From the NCBI RefSeq assembly GCF_009914755.1, contig NC_060948.1: a stretch of DNA of 64,000 nt. One strand, given 5' to 3'. A model generated the notes under the pieces. That model worked only from the letters and a program-made list of their open reading frames with translations. It did not search any database and had not been told where the DNA came from. Below are positions 62,493-64,000 of this stretch, in pieces (positions within the stretch are counted from its first letter, which is position 1; each line of letters opens with the position of its first letter). The position numbers were made by a program, and so were the translations under genes. Source of the DNA: the human T2T-CHM13v2.0 reference genome, Homo sapiens.

Positions 62493-64000
62493 TTGTATGT
62501 TTGTTTAAAAAATGTCATATGAAATGATACATATTTACAACTTAAGGCGTGATGTTCAACAGGTCATATACATTATGCATTGGATACATCCAGCCAATCA
62601 ACATATGTGTGACCTCACATAGTTGTCATTTTTGTTGTGAAAAAACTTGACCTGCACTGTATTCGAATATTTTTAGAGAAAGAATATGTTACCACTAGTT
62701 ATAGTGAGCATGCTGAAGAAAATATTTTTAACCTATTCCTCCTTTATAACTAGAAGTATGAGTTCTTCATCCAGCATCTCGTCAGTGCACCCTCTTCACC
62801 GCAGTCATTGGAGTCACTACTTCTGTGAAGTCCGCTTTTTTGATTTCATATAAGAATGAGATCATGTGCTACTTTCCTTTCTGATACCTGGCTTATGTCA
62901 CTTAACAGAATGGCATGCACACATTCAGCAGATTCCCACACATTCTCACAACTGGCAGGATTTCCTGATTTCTTATTGCAGCGCATATTTCCGTTGCGCA
63001 TATGCGTTTTTGCCCCATTTTTTAATCCACTTATCAATGGAGGGACTCTCAGGTTGCTTCCGCATTTTGGCTACAGCAAAAATGTAATGAGTGCAGCAAT
63101 AATTGCATGGGTGCGCGCACCGCTTCAACATACTGATCTGTGTACTGGCGGGCGTGCCCGGGTATTCTGATTTGCTGGATCATATAGTGGGTGGTTCTAC
63201 TTGTAGATTTCTGAAGGCTGTTTATACTTAAATAAGAGCCATAAAGCTTCTTTAATGCCAGCACTAATTTACATTCTCCCCAAAAGTGAGCAGGGAATTC
63301 GTTTTCTCTGCCTCCTCACCAGAGATTAGGGTTTTCTTTTCTTTCTTTTTTTTTTTTTGTTTGTTTGTCTTTCGGATAATATGCATTCTGACTGAAGTGA
63401 GAAGAAATCTCATTGTGTTTTTGATTTGCATTTTCGTGATGGATTGGGGATAATGAGGAATTTTTAGTGTGTCTTCTGGGCAACTGTATGTCTCAGTTTC
63501 ACAAATGAGTCTTCGCAGCCTTCGCCCATTTGTTTTCATGCTATTGAGTTGTTGGGAGTTCCTTATGTACTGTGACTATTCCCCCATGAACAGATGTATG
63601 GTGATCCAATCATTGCTCCCATCCTGTAGGATGCCCCTTCTGTATGTTGAGTTTTCTATGGTGTGGTGAAGCACTTTAGTTTGATATGATTCCATTCTCT
63701 ATTTTTGATGGTGTTTACTGTGTTCTTGCAGTCACTTTGAGACCATCATTGCACACACGGACGCCATGGAGCTTCTTCCTTGTGATCTCTTCTGCTATTT
63801 TTATCGTTTCACATCTGACACTGGAGTTTGGTGATAAATAATCCACTTGTAAAATCCTTTGTGTGGCTATTCAGATTTCCCCAACCTAGTTTATAGAAGA
63901 TACTTGATTTTGCATTGGGCGTTCTTGCTTCTTTGGGAAAAGGCTGTGAGCTGCAAATGCAGTGACTTAGTTCTGGGCTCCTGTTGTTTTTCCTAAGCTC
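62493..64000 (-). mobile_element. L1 3' fragment, unit 3 (cut by the window end)
   Basis: Copy of 21,860 onward. Confidence 0.85.

Larger units (their letters stand above)
51993..64000 (+). repeat. TSPY array tandem unit 3 (partial, runs off the window)
   Basis: Near-identical to units 1 and 2; offset ~40,633 from unit 1. Confidence 0.95.

Overview
Primate (human-like) Y-chromosome ampliconic DNA: the edge of the TSPY tandem array (DYZ5-type, ~20.3 kb unit). Bases 1-3.1 kb hold the 5' part of an RBMY gene or pseudogene on the minus strand (non-coding exon 1 plus two RRM-coding exons; the rest lies outside the window). A degenerate TSPY copy sits head-to-head with it on the plus strand (~3.9-6.6 kb), followed by an AT-rich spacer with Alu and L2 remnants. 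The array starts at ~11,361: unit 1 = 11,361-31,654, unit 2 = 31,655-51,992, unit 3 = 51,993 to the window end (partial). Each unit carries an intact six-exon TSPY gene (+, 927-nt CDS, 308 aa) and a divergently oriented degenerate TSPY paralogue upstream (-, FAM197Y-like region). The two complete units also carry a second 5'-truncated TSPY relic downstream (-), and all units share the same Alu/L1/THE1/microsatellite set as far as they extend. Nearly all entries in the ORF track are spurious because the real genes are spliced. The most striking signal is that the RBMY promoter and the TSPY promoter are homologous up to the CCAAT-box position and share the same upstream inverted TSPY relic with identical inactivating lesions: one promoter-plus-relic cassette sits in front of two unrelated testis gene families. 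The locus itself is well known; I cannot establish novelty of the finer observations without searches.
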